The position numbers were made by a program, and so were the translations under genes. This document shows, in pieces, positions 30,093 through 42,233 of a stretch of DNA of 64,000 nucleotides; position 1 is the first letter of the stretch, and the number at the start of each line of letters is the position of its first letter. The notes under the pieces were generated by a model. The model ran no database searches, was not told the DNA's origin, and saw only the letters and a program-made list of their open reading frames with translations. The DNA lies in assembly GCA_965208105.1 (NCBI GenBank), contig OZ242318.1, forward strand, positions 2,944,001-3,008,000, read 5' to 3'. The stretch is from Candidatus Latescibacterota bacterium. Its GTDB lineage: Bacteria > Latescibacterota > UBA2968 > UBA8231.

Positions 30093-30277
30093 CTGGCAAA
30101 TGAGTGTTGTACCAACCCTCGAAAAAAGGAAAAGGGCGATGCGAGCCTGTGGGATTGAGAGCGGTGGGGAACTTCGCCAGCTAGCAGCTAAATCGCACGA
30201 GCGTGGTAATATAAGTGATAACCGCAGCCTGCCTTCGGCTGCAAACTAAATTTAAACAAGAAGTTAGGGAAATTACA

Positions 30278-30364
30278 TGGCGGAGGGTGAGGGACTCGAA
30301 CCCTCAAGGGCATGTGCCCGGCGGTTTTCAAGACCGCTGCCTTACCAATTAGGTCTAACCCTCC
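30278..30364 (-). tRNA. tRNA-Ser(TGA)
   Basis: GGAGGGT acceptor stem, GCGGT-CT-TGA-AA-ACCGC anticodon arm, long variable arm, GGTTCGAGTCC T-arm, encoded CCA. Confidence 0.96.
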
Positions 30365-30399
30365 ATTGGTAGAGCCTATACCTCAATAGCTGAATAAGC

Positions 30400-32910
30400 T
30401 TATGGGTTTGCTTTCCCATTGTCAAGCCCCTCATCTTCCCCCTGTTCACCCTGAACCATACGCGTCATGCCGATGACCTGATCGCCGTCATCCAGGGTGA
30501 TCACTCGAACTCCCTGGGTGTTGCGGCCAATCAGCGAAATGTCGGCCACCGGCACCCGGATCACGACCCCATTGGCCGTTACGATCATCACCTCGTCTTC
30601 CTCCGAAACTTCCAGGCATGCCACCACCTCTCCGTTCCGTTCAGTGGCCTTAATGTCGATCACCCCCTTACCGCCTCGGTGAATGGCGGAGTACTCTCCG
30701 GCATCCGTACGTTTGCCGTATCCATTTTCGCAAATGGTGAGGAGGGAGGCGTTTTTCTCGATTACCACCATGTCCACTACCTTGTCATCGCGGTGGAGGG
30801 TAACTCCCTTTACGCCGGTGGAGGACCGTCCCATTGGACGCACCTCACTTTCGGCAAAACGCACACTCATTCCCCTCTGAGTCGCCAACACAATGTCGTG
30901 AGTGCCGTCAGTGATGGCTGCCCCGATCAAGGCATCATCCGCCTGGATTTTCAGTGCGAGAATCCCGTCTCGACGGATGTTCTTGTATGCTGAAAGGACG
31001 GTCTTTTTTACAATTCCCTTCTGAGTTGCGGTGAATAAATACATTTCTTCGGAAAAATCCTGCACTGGCACAACCGCCGCGACCTTTTCGTCCTGACCTA
31101 GCTGCAGCAAATTGACCGCAGGCCGGCCGCGGGCCATCCGCTCACCCTCGGGTATCCTGTAGACCTTCAGCCAATGGCAACGGCCGCTGGAGTCCAGGAA
31201 CATGATATAGGAGTGGGTCGATGCCACGAAAAGGTGCTCGACGAAGTCATCCTCCTTGGTCTTCATTCCCGTGACCCCTCGACCACCCCGGCCCTGTACT
31301 CGGTAGGCCCGGGGAGACATGCGCTTGATATACCCTGACCGGGAGATGGTTACCACCATCTCCTCTTTCTGGATCAGGTCTTCAAGGTCGAATTCTTCGG
31401 CCGAATACACGATTTCCGTGCGGCGATCGTCTCCGAACCTCTCCCTGATGTCCTCCACCTCGTCCTTGAAAATTTGTACCTGCATCTGGCGGTTGTTGAG
31501 GACTGAATTCAGATGTTCAATCTCCTTGATCAGGTCCCTGTACTCACTTTCGATCTTGTCTTGTTCGAGAGCGGTCAGGCGCTGAAGCGGCATGCTCAGA
31601 ATCGCTTGGCACTGCAACTCGCTCAACTGGACCTCGCGTTTCGCATTCTCATCCTCGCTCATTTCAAACCGGACCTTCATGAGCTCTTCTTTTGCTTCCT
31701 GGGGGCTGGCTGCAGAGCGAATGATCTTGATAATTTCGTCAATGTTGCCCAGAGCAACGCGCAATCCTTCGAGGATGTGCGCGCGCGCCTGGGCCTTTTC
31801 CAGGTCAAAGCGGGTCCTCCGCAACACCACATCGCGCCGGTGGTCGAGGTAGTATTGAAGCATCTCCCTGAGGTTGAGGATCTTGGGACGACCCTCCACC
31901 AGGGCCAGCAACATCACCCCGAAGGTGGTCTGCAACATACTGTGCGTATACAGCTGGTTGAGGACCACCTCTGCGTGCGCACCTCTCTTTATCTCTACGA
32001 CAATGCGCAATCCTCTCCGGCCAGACTCGTCGCGAATATTGGAAATGCCCTCTATGGTCTTATCGCGCACGAGGTCCGCCATCTTTTCCAGAAGGGAGGA
32101 CTTGTCCACCAGGAACGGGATTTCGGTGATAATGAGGCATTCATCGCCGTTTTTAAACGTTTCGACATCTACCCTCGCTCGCAAGTAGATCAAGCCGCGG
32201 CCCGTAAGGTAAGCCTGCTGAACCCCGGCCATGCCATATATGACCCCGCCCGTTGGAAAATCCGGAGCCTTGATATACTCCAGCAACTCGCCAATGGAAA
32301 TATCCGGATTGTCGATCAGGGCAACGAGGGCATCAGCCACCTCCGCGATATTGTGAGGCGGGATCTTTGTCGCCATACCAACTGCAATCCCGACCGCGCC
32401 ATTGCACAAAAGGTTGGGAAATCTGGCTGGCAATATCTCAGGTTCTACGCGCGTTTCGTCATAGTTATTGCGGAAATCGACGGTGTCCTTTTCCATGTCC
32501 GCAAGCAGCTCGGTGGCGGGCCAACCCAACCTCGCCTCCGTATACCGCATGGCAGCAGGGGGGTAGCCATCAATCGAACCGAAATTCCCCTGCCCATCCA
32601 CCAGGGGATAGCGCATGCGAAAGTTCTGAGCCATGTGCACGAGAGTAGGATAGACGATCGCCTCTCCGTGCGGGTGGTAGTTGCCCGATGTATCACCCGC
32701 GATTTTGGCACATTTCCTGTAGCCCCGGTTTGGCGCCAGGTTCAAATCGTTCATGGCTACCAGAATGCGCCGCTGAGATGGCTTGAGCCCATCGCGCACA
32801 TCGGGAAGTGCGCGAGCCATGATGGAACTCATGGCGTACTCGAGGTATGAGGTTTTGAGCTCCTCTTCAATTCTGACCGGAAGGACCCGGGATTCTCTGT
32901 TTTCCAGCAT
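30400..32910 (-). CDS. gyrA: DNA gyrase subunit A
   Basis: RALPDVRDGLKP, AAMRYTE, GyrA-box QGRGGRG, C-terminal beta-pinwheel repeats. Confidence 0.97.
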   Translation of the reverse strand: MLENRESRVLPVRIEEELKTSYLEYAMSSIMARALPDVRDGLKPSQRRILVAMNDLNLAPNRGYRKCAKIAGDTSGNYHPHGEAIVYPTLVHMAQNFRMRYPLVDGQGNFGSIDGYPPAAMRYTEARLGWPATELLADMEKDTVDFRNNYDETRVEPEILPARFPNLLCNGAVGIAVGMATKIPPHNIAEVADALVALIDNPDISIGELLEYIKAPDFPTGGVIYGMAGVQQAYLTGRGLIYLRARVDVETFKNGDECLIITEIPFLVDKSSLLEKMADLVRDKTIEGISNIRDESGRRGLRIVVEIKRGAHAEVVLNQLYTHSMLQTTFGVMLLALVEGRPKILNLREMLQYYLDHRRDVVLRRTRFDLEKAQARAHILEGLRVALGNIDEIIKIIRSAASPQEAKEELMKVRFEMSEDENAKREVQLSELQCQAILSMPLQRLTALEQDKIESEYRDLIKEIEHLNSVLNNRQMQVQIFKDEVEDIRERFGDDRRTEIVYSAEEFDLEDLIQKEEMVVTISRSGYIKRMSPRAYRVQGRGGRGVTGMKTKEDDFVEHLFVASTHSYIMFLDSSGRCHWLKVYRIPEGERMARGRPAVNLLQLGQDEKVAAVVPVQDFSEEMYLFTATQKGIVKKTVLSAYKNIRRDGILALKIQADDALIGAAITDGTHDIVLATQRGMSVRFAESEVRPMGRSSTGVKGVTLHRDDKVVDMVVIEKNASLLTICENGYGKRTDAGEYSAIHRGGKGVIDIKATERNGEVVACLEVSEEDEVMIVTANGVVIRVPVADISLIGRNTQGVRVITLDDGDQVIGMTRMVQGEQGEDEGLDNGKANP

Positions 32911-32970
32911 TCTCTGGCGACTTGTCCTTACTTGCTGCCCGTTCGCCCGGCAGTGAGCCGGAAGAGCAAT

Positions 32971-35291
<2,321 letters not shown>

Positions 35292-36356
35292 CGCACATTG
35301 GGCTTCCGAGCTCCTGCGAAGTGGTGACGATGACCTGGTTGAACTCATCCAGGACCTCCAAAAGTTTGGCGATGCGGCGGCCATCCAACTCAGAGAACAC
35401 ATCATCCAGAAGTAAAACCGGTTGGTGCCCGCTTTGTTGCTCCAGAAATTTGACCTCTGCCATCTTCCAGGAAACGAGGATCGTCTTGAGTTGACCCTCG
35501 GAGGCATAGATATCGGCAGGCTGATCGGCCAGCGTAAAAACCAGGTCGTCACGATGCGGGCCGCACAATGTGTAGCCATGCCTTAGTTCCATTGCCCTTT
35601 TTTTCGCCAGCTCGGCGAGCAGCTCTTCTTTCAGCTCTTTCTCTTCACTGGACCGGAACCCACAATACTCAATGCCCACAGCTTCCCTGGATGAGAACCG
35701 TTGATAATACCCGACGAAAGACTCGGCTGAATGCTGCAACGCCCGTAATCGGCTTGCCCTCAGGCGTGCGCCAAAATGTCCCAGTTGCTCATCCCACACA
35801 TCCAGGAGGGAATCATCGGGCGGCCTCGCATCCCTTTTGCCTGCCCGCAGCAGGTGGTTCCTCTGCGTCAATACACGGCGAAATTGCTGCAGGTCGTGCA
35901 AGTAGGTGGCGCTGGACTGGGAAAGGAGGATATCGAGGTTCCGCCGGCGTCGAGCGGGGAAGCGTAAAACCAGCGATACGTCCTCTGGGGAGAAATGGAC
36001 CGTGTGAAAAAGGCCTAGAACATCCGACATCCGGGGCAGAGGTGCGTCATTCAAAAAGCACTTCTTACCAGTTCGGCGGTTATAGAAAATGCGCATTTGC
36101 TGGTCGCGCCGACCATCGTGGCAAAGGCCGAAAATGTCAAAAAATTGACCTTGATGCGGTACGGCTTGGCGATCGGCATTCCCGCGTACGGACTTTCCAA
36201 TTGAAAGATACGAAATTGCCTCCAGTATATTGCTTTTTCCACATCCATTCTCCCCAATGATCAGGGTGCGGTCTGATTCGAAGCTTAGGCGGATGTGGTC
36301 AAAATTTCTAAAGGGATGGAGGGTAATCTCGCGGATTCTCAATGCGCCCGCTTGCC

Positions 36357-37529
36357 TCAGCCACTTGGTCTCAGCGGCATCAATAAGCAGAAATAATCTT
36401 CGCCCTCTTCTTGATGTTCCGGACGCAGGATGGCGGCTGTAACCGAATTACTCAGGTCGAATATTACCTCCTGGGAACCCATTTTGCGCAGGATTTCCAT
36501 CAAATAGGTGGCATTATAGCCCACCTCAATCTCTTCCTCGTCATAAATTGCAGGGATTACCTCTCTCGCCTCGCCGCCGATCTCCTGGCTGGAGGCTGTT
36601 AGCTCAATGGAGTTGCCCTTCAGGTGCAAGCGAACCTGCCTGGTGTATGAATTGGAAAGAATGGACACACGCCGCACGGCAGGCAACAAATGGTCGTTGG
36701 CTACCTGTAGCTTCTTGCTGTTCTGACCGGGAATGACCTGCCTGTAGTTCACATAAGGTCCTTCGATGAGCCTCGAAAGCAGGTAGGTATCGCCCAAATC
36801 AAATAATACCTGACTGGCGCCAAAGATGCACCGAACCAACCTGGACTGGCCGTGGCCATTAAAAAGTTTGACCAGATGGCCGAGGGACTTGGGGGGTACA
36901 ATAACCTCCGTGGCTTGCCGACCGTCCATTTGGCTCTTCAAGTCCAGATTTCGATGGCAATAGGCCAAACGCGAACCATCTGTGGCCACCATATTCATGC
37001 CATTTTCTTCAATGCACCAGAGCACGCCAGTGCAAACGGGCCGGGTTTCATCCTTGGAGACTGCAAATATGGTCTTGTTGACCATTTCTCCCAAAACCCG
37101 GGAATCCAATTGGGGAAGATTATCCACATCAATGGACAAGCCCTCGAGAGAGGTATCCATTTTTGGAAACTCATCTGGAGGCATGCCGGAGAGGCTGTAG
37201 GAGCCTGTTCCATCATCCGAGGATCCCAGGGTCCCGGAAATTACAAGCCGCTCGGACTCTGACTCGATGCTCAATTGAGCTTCAGGCCATTCTCTGGCTA
37301 TTTCAGCGAAGGTCCGAGCAGGAACGACTGTACTTCCGGACCTCTCCACTTTGGCTGAAACATTTGTGGAGATCGATAGATCGAGGTCGGTGGCCGCAAG
37401 GGTCAATTGATCGCGATCCGCGGTAAGGAGGATGTTGGATAGCACCGGCAAAGCCGGTCTGGAAGGCACAACATCAAAGACGGTGTTGACACCGCGCCAC
37501 AACTCATTCTGGTCTATGGTTATTTTCAT
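36357..37529 (-). CDS. dnaN: DNA polymerase III beta clamp
   Basis: LPVLSNILL, ATDL, VATDGSRL, SRLIEGPY, LLMPLR. Confidence 0.96.
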   Translation of the reverse strand: MKITIDQNELWRGVNTVFDVVPSRPALPVLSNILLTADRDQLTLAATDLDLSISTNVSAKVERSGSTVVPARTFAEIAREWPEAQLSIESESERLVISGTLGSSDDGTGSYSLSGMPPDEFPKMDTSLEGLSIDVDNLPQLDSRVLGEMVNKTIFAVSKDETRPVCTGVLWCIEENGMNMVATDGSRLAYCHRNLDLKSQMDGRQATEVIVPPKSLGHLVKLFNGHGQSRLVRCIFGASQVLFDLGDTYLLSRLIEGPYVNYRQVIPGQNSKKLQVANDHLLPAVRRVSILSNSYTRQVRLHLKGNSIELTASSQEIGGEAREVIPAIYDEEEIEVGYNATYLMEILRKMGSQEVIFDLSNSVTAAILRPEHQEEGEDYFCLLMPLRPSG

Positions 37530-37799
37530 AAATTTGAGTATTCGACGAGAAAAAAATGAGGTAAGGAAGCAGGGAGAATAGGCATAATATTCAGATATAA
37601 AATATCTGGTAATTGGGATGTATGGTCAAGTATCGAAGAGGCCTTCGAACCTGTTCAGCTATAACTTTCTCCAGGTCCCGGCGTTGGGTCACCCATTAAT
37701 CTCCCTGGCCATATGAACCAGCAGAGGTTCCAAGGTGCTCAGGAATGGTCATTGATCGGACTTGTATCATTGTGGCCACAGTCAGTACAGCCCACCCTG

Positions 37800-38110
37800 T
37801 CTCTTTGTCCACATCGATTTTTAGATTTTTCTATTCTAGGTTTTTCCTTTAAGGAATTAGCCGTCCTAGTACAGATGTTCATATGTGGATAATGTGTTCA
37901 TCGAGACATAGAGATCACAAAATATTAAATAAAAACAAATAGTTGGGTAAATTCACCTTATTTGTGGAATTGGATTTGAAATGTGGATAAAGTGGAGGAA
38001 GGGGGTGGATTGTGTGGCGGGGACGAGGACGAGACAGTGTTACAACTTCTCCACAATTTATCCACAGGGATGAAAAACCGAGATGTGGATTAATTTGTGG
38101 AAAACTTGGC
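37800..38110. other. Probable chromosomal replication origin (oriC)
   Basis: Perfect DnaA boxes at 37884-37892, 37982-37990 and 38058-38066; 1-mismatch boxes at 37805, 38047, 38084 and 38096; AT-rich tracts at about 37815-37860 and 37918-37945; lies between dnaA and dnaN. Confidence 0.85.
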
Positions 38111-38136
38111 GCTGCCAGAATGGCAGGTTTAGGTGC

Positions 38137-39564
38137 TCAAGACCGGGAAAATTCCTGCCGGATTGAGTGGGAGAGGGACTCCACGGCAGAGGCGATGCTA
38201 GGATCTTTTCGGCATTTCTCTTCAATGGTTTGAATTGCGTGTATGACAGTTGTATGGTCCCGGTTGCCAAAATGCCGGCCGATCATCTTGAGGGGGTTCT
38301 GGGTGAGGCGCTTGGCCAGGAACATGGCAATTTGACGGGCTAAGGCAACCTTTTGTTTCCTGGTTCTACTGATGAGTTGTTCCGAACTCATGTCAAAGTG
38401 CTCGGCGACCTGCTGCTGGATCGTCTCGATATTTAAAGGAGACTTTACTATTTGAATCCGTTCTTGGACAATTTGTTGGGCGGTTTGTACCGTCGGCTCG
38501 CACTGGTTCACTGAGCAATAGGCCATCAAATGTATCAAAGCTCCCTCCAGTTCCCGTATGTTGGAGCTGATATAATTTCCTAAGAAGATGGCCACGTCTT
38601 CCGGTAGATGAATATTGTTGATTTCTGCTTTTTGCTTCAGGATGGCGATTCGAGTCTCCAGGTCGGGCGGGTCGATATTTGTCACCAACCCCCATTGAAA
38701 CCTCGAAATCAATCGTTCTTCCAGTCCTTCAAGTTTCCTCGGCGGGCTATCGCAGGTCATTGCGATTTGCTTGCCGTTTTGGTGTAAGGCATTGAATGTA
38801 TGGAAGAACTCCTTCCTGGTCTGCTCACCTCTAAGGAGAAATTGAATATCGTCCACCAACAGGAGATCGGCACTTCGGTAAAGGCGCTGGAATTCGGCAG
38901 TCGTGCGATTTTTGATGGCCTCGATAAAATCGCTCATGAATTTTTCAGAGGGAACATAGGTGACTTGACGCGTAGTACTTTCTTGCAGGACATGGTGGCC
39001 GATTGCCTGTAGAAGGTGGGTTTTTCCCAGCCCTACTCCTCCGTAGATGACCAATGGATTGAACTGGGTTTTTCCGGGTGACTTGGCAACCGCCCAGGCC
39101 GCAGCATGAGCAAAGCGATTGAACTCCCCGACGACAAAAGTTTCAAAGGTGTAGCGGTTGTTCAAGGGCATATGAGCTTGCTGCGAATGGATCGCTTCGG
39201 TGCGGGGATGCTCGAAGTGGGCCTGCCCTTCGGTGTCCAGGCGAGAAGACTGTGAAAACGGTTCCGAAGGGTTTCTTGTCGGAGGAAGGTAGGCTGGTGA
39301 TTGGGGGTGATTTTCCTCCGCTACCGCGAAGGAAATCTTCGGTTTGAAATGGGTTTCTTCCTGGACCACTTCCTTGATCAGGGTCAGGTAGTTACTCTCG
39401 ACCCACTCTGCAGAGTATGAGGTGGGGCACTCAATAACCAGGTTCTCTTCGCTAAAGCTCCAAGCTTTAGTTGGACGGAACCAGGAATTGAAGCTCTGAG
39501 GTCGGACACGTCGCTCAATGCTCAAGAGACACTGAGCCCACAGTTCTTGGTGATCCTGGGACAT
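38137..39564 (-). CDS. dnaA: Chromosomal replication initiator DnaA
   Basis: YTFETFVVG, GGVGLGKTHL, DDIQF, SNIRELEG, RDHTTV. Confidence 0.98.
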   Translation of the reverse strand: MSQDHQELWAQCLLSIERRVRPQSFNSWFRPTKAWSFSEENLVIECPTSYSAEWVESNYLTLIKEVVQEETHFKPKISFAVAEENHPQSPAYLPPTRNPSEPFSQSSRLDTEGQAHFEHPRTEAIHSQQAHMPLNNRYTFETFVVGEFNRFAHAAAWAVAKSPGKTQFNPLVIYGGVGLGKTHLLQAIGHHVLQESTTRQVTYVPSEKFMSDFIEAIKNRTTAEFQRLYRSADLLLVDDIQFLLRGEQTRKEFFHTFNALHQNGKQIAMTCDSPPRKLEGLEERLISRFQWGLVTNIDPPDLETRIAILKQKAEINNIHLPEDVAIFLGNYISSNIRELEGALIHLMAYCSVNQCEPTVQTAQQIVQERIQIVKSPLNIETIQQQVAEHFDMSSEQLISRTRKQKVALARQIAMFLAKRLTQNPLKMIGRHFGNRDHTTVIHAIQTIEEKCRKDPSIASAVESLSHSIRQEFSRS

Positions 39565-39593
39565 TCCTGAGGGGGTTGGGTTAAGGTCAAGTT

Positions 39594-39622
39594 AACCTAT
39601 CAAATGACAGCACGAGGGTCAA
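39594..39622 (-). promoter_or_regulatory. Putative sigma70 promoter of dnaA
   Basis: TTGACC-17 bp-TAGGTT on the minus strand. Confidence 0.5.
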
Positions 39623-39660
39623 GAAATATTTGCCTGCAAACCGGTTGGGCCTTATACAGA

Positions 39661-39688
39661 TTGACAGTAAGGATTTTCCACTTATATT
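39661..39688 (+). promoter_or_regulatory. Putative sigma70 promoter of the rpmH operon
   Basis: TTGACA-16 bp-TATATT. Confidence 0.55.
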
Positions 39689-39771
39689 CTGTGGTTCCTG
39701 TTTCAATTCCTGAATACATTGGAAACGAGAAACGAAGTTCGAGGAACCATTCGCCAATCGAAAGTGTAATT

Positions 39772-39906
39772 GTGAAGCGAACTTTTCAGCCAAGCAACAA
39801 AAAGCGGCGCAACAAGCATGGGTTCCGCAGCCGTATGCGCACACCCAGTGGCCGTCCAATTATCAACCGACGTCGACGCCGCGGACGCAGGCGGTTGGCT
39901 GTGTGA
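39772..39906 (+). CDS. rpmH: 50S ribosomal protein L34
   Basis: GTG start, [22 protein letters not shown]. Confidence 0.97.
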   Translation: MKRTFQPSNKKRRNKHGFRSRMRTPSGRPIINRRRRRGRRRLAV

Positions 39907-39909
39907 GTT

Positions 39910-40176
39910 ATGGGTTGGGTTAAGGGAGTGCGTCTATGGCTGCGCTCCGGAGGTAAAGCGTCAGGGGTGGTCTTTATCGTGCGGAGAAAATTGGGAACGG
40001 CTGTGATGCGGAACCGCTTGAAACGGCGGCTGAGAAGTATCTGTCGCGAACTCGAGTTCCGCCAGGGCAGCGTGGTCATTGCCGCCCAACCTGCGGCCAT
40101 CGAAGCTTCTTATCGGGAATTGCGCGAAGAATTGAATGTATTGATTTCCAGGTATGTCAAGGGACTTTCCCGTTGA
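39910..40176 (+). CDS. rnpA: Ribonuclease P protein component (short form)
   Basis: RNR motif KLGTAVMRNRLKRRLR; position between rpmH and yidD. Confidence 0.85.
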   Translation: MGWVKGVRLWLRSGGKASGVVFIVRRKLGTAVMRNRLKRRLRSICRELEFRQGSVVIAAQPAAIEASYRELREELNVLISRYVKGLSR

Positions 40177-40385
40177 TGAAAACCCTTCTGATTTTTCTTG
40201 TCAAATTCTATCGCCTTTGTTTCTCTCCCTTTCTTCCTCCATCCTGCCGGTTTCTGCCGACTTGCTCCCAATATACCATCGATGTGCTGAATAAATATGG
40301 TTGGCTCAAGGGAAGTCTCCGCGCGTTTCAACGACTTCTGCGCTGTCATCCCTGGGGAGGTAGAGGGGGGTACGACCCCGCCTAA
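40173..40385 (+). CDS. yidD: Membrane protein insertion efficiency factor
   Basis: CRFLPTCSQY, RLLRCHPW, GYDP. Confidence 0.95.
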   Translation: MMKTLLIFLVKFYRLCFSPFLPPSCRFLPTCSQYTIDVLNKYGWLKGSLRAFQRLLRCHPWGGRGGYDPA

Positions 40386-40495
40386 ACTCGGTCAGGTCCT
40401 TCCGCGTTCAACCTTTTCAAATCCCCATGATTTCTGGATTTACCGCCGGAAGAACGGACTGGATTTACAGCTATTGAGAAGATCTTCGAGGACTT

Positions 40496-42160
40496 ATGGA
40501 GGACAAGCGAACGCTCCTGGCCTTTTTGCTCATCGGCCTGATTCTACTGTTAATCCCTTACTATTACGAGTGGATGGGAATGGGCCCAAAACCCACTCCT
40601 TTGGAAGAAACCTCCTCCGAACCCAGGCAAGCCGTTGATTCCGCTCCGACAACTCTCCCGGATTCACAGGTCCAGCCCTCCGACAAATTTCAAAAAGATC
40701 CATTTTTGAGTCCCTCTGAAAGGGGGTCGTTTACTCCACGGCGCGTCACCGTACAAACCCCTCACCAGGAGCTGACCTTTTCGACTCTGGGGGGAAACAT
40801 CGTTTCTGCCCGATTGTTGAAATATTTTAAAACCGAAGGTCAGAGTGTGGAGCTCGTTCCTCCAGGAGGGCAAGGGTTTTCTCTTTCTCTGGGTTACAAA
40901 GAATCTTCCTGGGACCTTTCTGATTTCGAGTTCGTCCCCAGCCAGGAGCAAGTATGGGTGGATTCGGGAGAAACGGCGGCCTTGAATTTCAGTTGCTTTT
41001 TGGAAGGAGGACGAAAAGTTGAGAAGAAATTCAGCTTTTCAGGGGATAGTTACGGGATTGAGCTCGAGGTATACCTGCATGGTTTTCACGAAGACACAGA
41101 CCTCTGGTTGAGTTGGGACAAAGGCATTGCCAGCACCGAAGCCAAAGAGAGGTCCTCCTCATTTCTCTTTGTTCAACCCAATATGTCCAGGAGGTTGATG
41201 GCATATTTGAATGAGGAACGGACGGAATTGGAATCCGGTGACGAAACGAAGACATGGAGTGACAAAGGCCCCCTGAAGTGGGCGGCAATCCGGAACCAAT
41301 ATTTTCTGGTCGCCTTGGCCCCCCGAGACTCCGGCTACTTCCGGGTGGAGCTCGAGGCTCAGGCAGAAGACCAGTTTTCCCCTGAAGAGGGCAATTCATA
41401 CAAGGTGGGAGCTCGGCTCGGCACTTCTGGACGATGGCGCAATCTCTTGTACCTGGGCCCACTTTCCTATGACGAGCTCGCCAGTTACAATGCAGACCTG
41501 GAGCGCGCCCTTGATCTCGGCTTTCCAATCATCCGAGAGATCAGCAAGGGGCTTTTGATCGTTTTTCTCGCCTCCTACAAGCATGTTCCAAATTACGGGG
41601 TCGTGATAATCCTTATAGCCGTGGCGATCAAGATTTTGGTATATCCATTAACACATAAATCCTATGAGTCCATGGCCAAGATGCAGCAGCTACAGCCAAA
41701 AATGGCCGCGCTGCGAGAGAAATACAAAAATGACAACCAGCGTCTCAGCCGGGAGACGATGAAACTCTACAAGGAAGAAGGAGTTAACCCCCTCGGAGGG
41801 TGTCTTCCGATGCTGCTCCAGATGCCCATCTTTTTTGCCCTGTACAATGTTTTCAGCAGTACGATCGAGCTTCGTCAAGCGCCATTTGTTCTATGGATAG
41901 ACGATCTTTCCCAGCCTGATGTGATCGATTTCGGGGGATTTGAATTGCATGTTCTTCCACTTCTCATGGCGGGGTCGATGTTTGTCCAGCAGAAAATGAC
42001 CATGAAAGATCCCAAACAGGCTTTTTTGGTATATTTAATGCCTGTTTTCATGATTTTTATCTTCTGGAGTATCTCATCGGGGCTGGTTCTTTACTGGACG
42101 ATTTTTAACGTGTTGAGCATTGGGCAACAATATTTGATCAACCGCATTAAAGGGTCTTGA
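40496..42160 (+). CDS. yidC: Membrane protein insertase YidC
   Basis: NYGVVII, NPLGGCLPMLLQMPIFFALY, WIDDLS, GLVLYW. Confidence 0.96.
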   Translation: MEDKRTLLAFLLIGLILLLIPYYYEWMGMGPKPTPLEETSSEPRQAVDSAPTTLPDSQVQPSDKFQKDPFLSPSERGSFTPRRVTVQTPHQELTFSTLGGNIVSARLLKYFKTEGQSVELVPPGGQGFSLSLGYKESSWDLSDFEFVPSQEQVWVDSGETAALNFSCFLEGGRKVEKKFSFSGDSYGIELEVYLHGFHEDTDLWLSWDKGIASTEAKERSSSFLFVQPNMSRRLMAYLNEERTELESGDETKTWSDKGPLKWAAIRNQYFLVALAPRDSGYFRVELEAQAEDQFSPEEGNSYKVGARLGTSGRWRNLLYLGPLSYDELASYNADLERALDLGFPIIREISKGLLIVFLASYKHVPNYGVVIILIAVAIKILVYPLTHKSYESMAKMQQLQPKMAALREKYKNDNQRLSRETMKLYKEEGVNPLGGCLPMLLQMPIFFALYNVFSSTIELRQAPFVLWIDDLSQPDVIDFGGFELHVLPLLMAGSMFVQQKMTMKDPKQAFLVYLMPVFMIFIFWSISSGLVLYWTIFNVLSIGQQYLINRIKGS

Positions 42161-42233
42161 AGGTCCGCTTTAAATCGATTCCGCTTACTTATAGGCCCTT
42201 ACCCGAACTCTTTCCTTCCGAAAGCAACCTTCC

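Larger units (their letters stand above)
1..30277. mobile_element. Genomic (defence) island adjoining the 3' end of tRNA-Ser; left border outside window
   Basis: Dense defence-type genes, RadC, many IS/intron remnants and patchy base composition, ending abruptly at tRNA-Ser where conserved housekeeping synteny begins. No integrase seen in window. Confidence 0.75.

Noticed and set aside
31513-32850. 445-aa + strand ORF
   Set aside because: Antisense shadow of gyrA.
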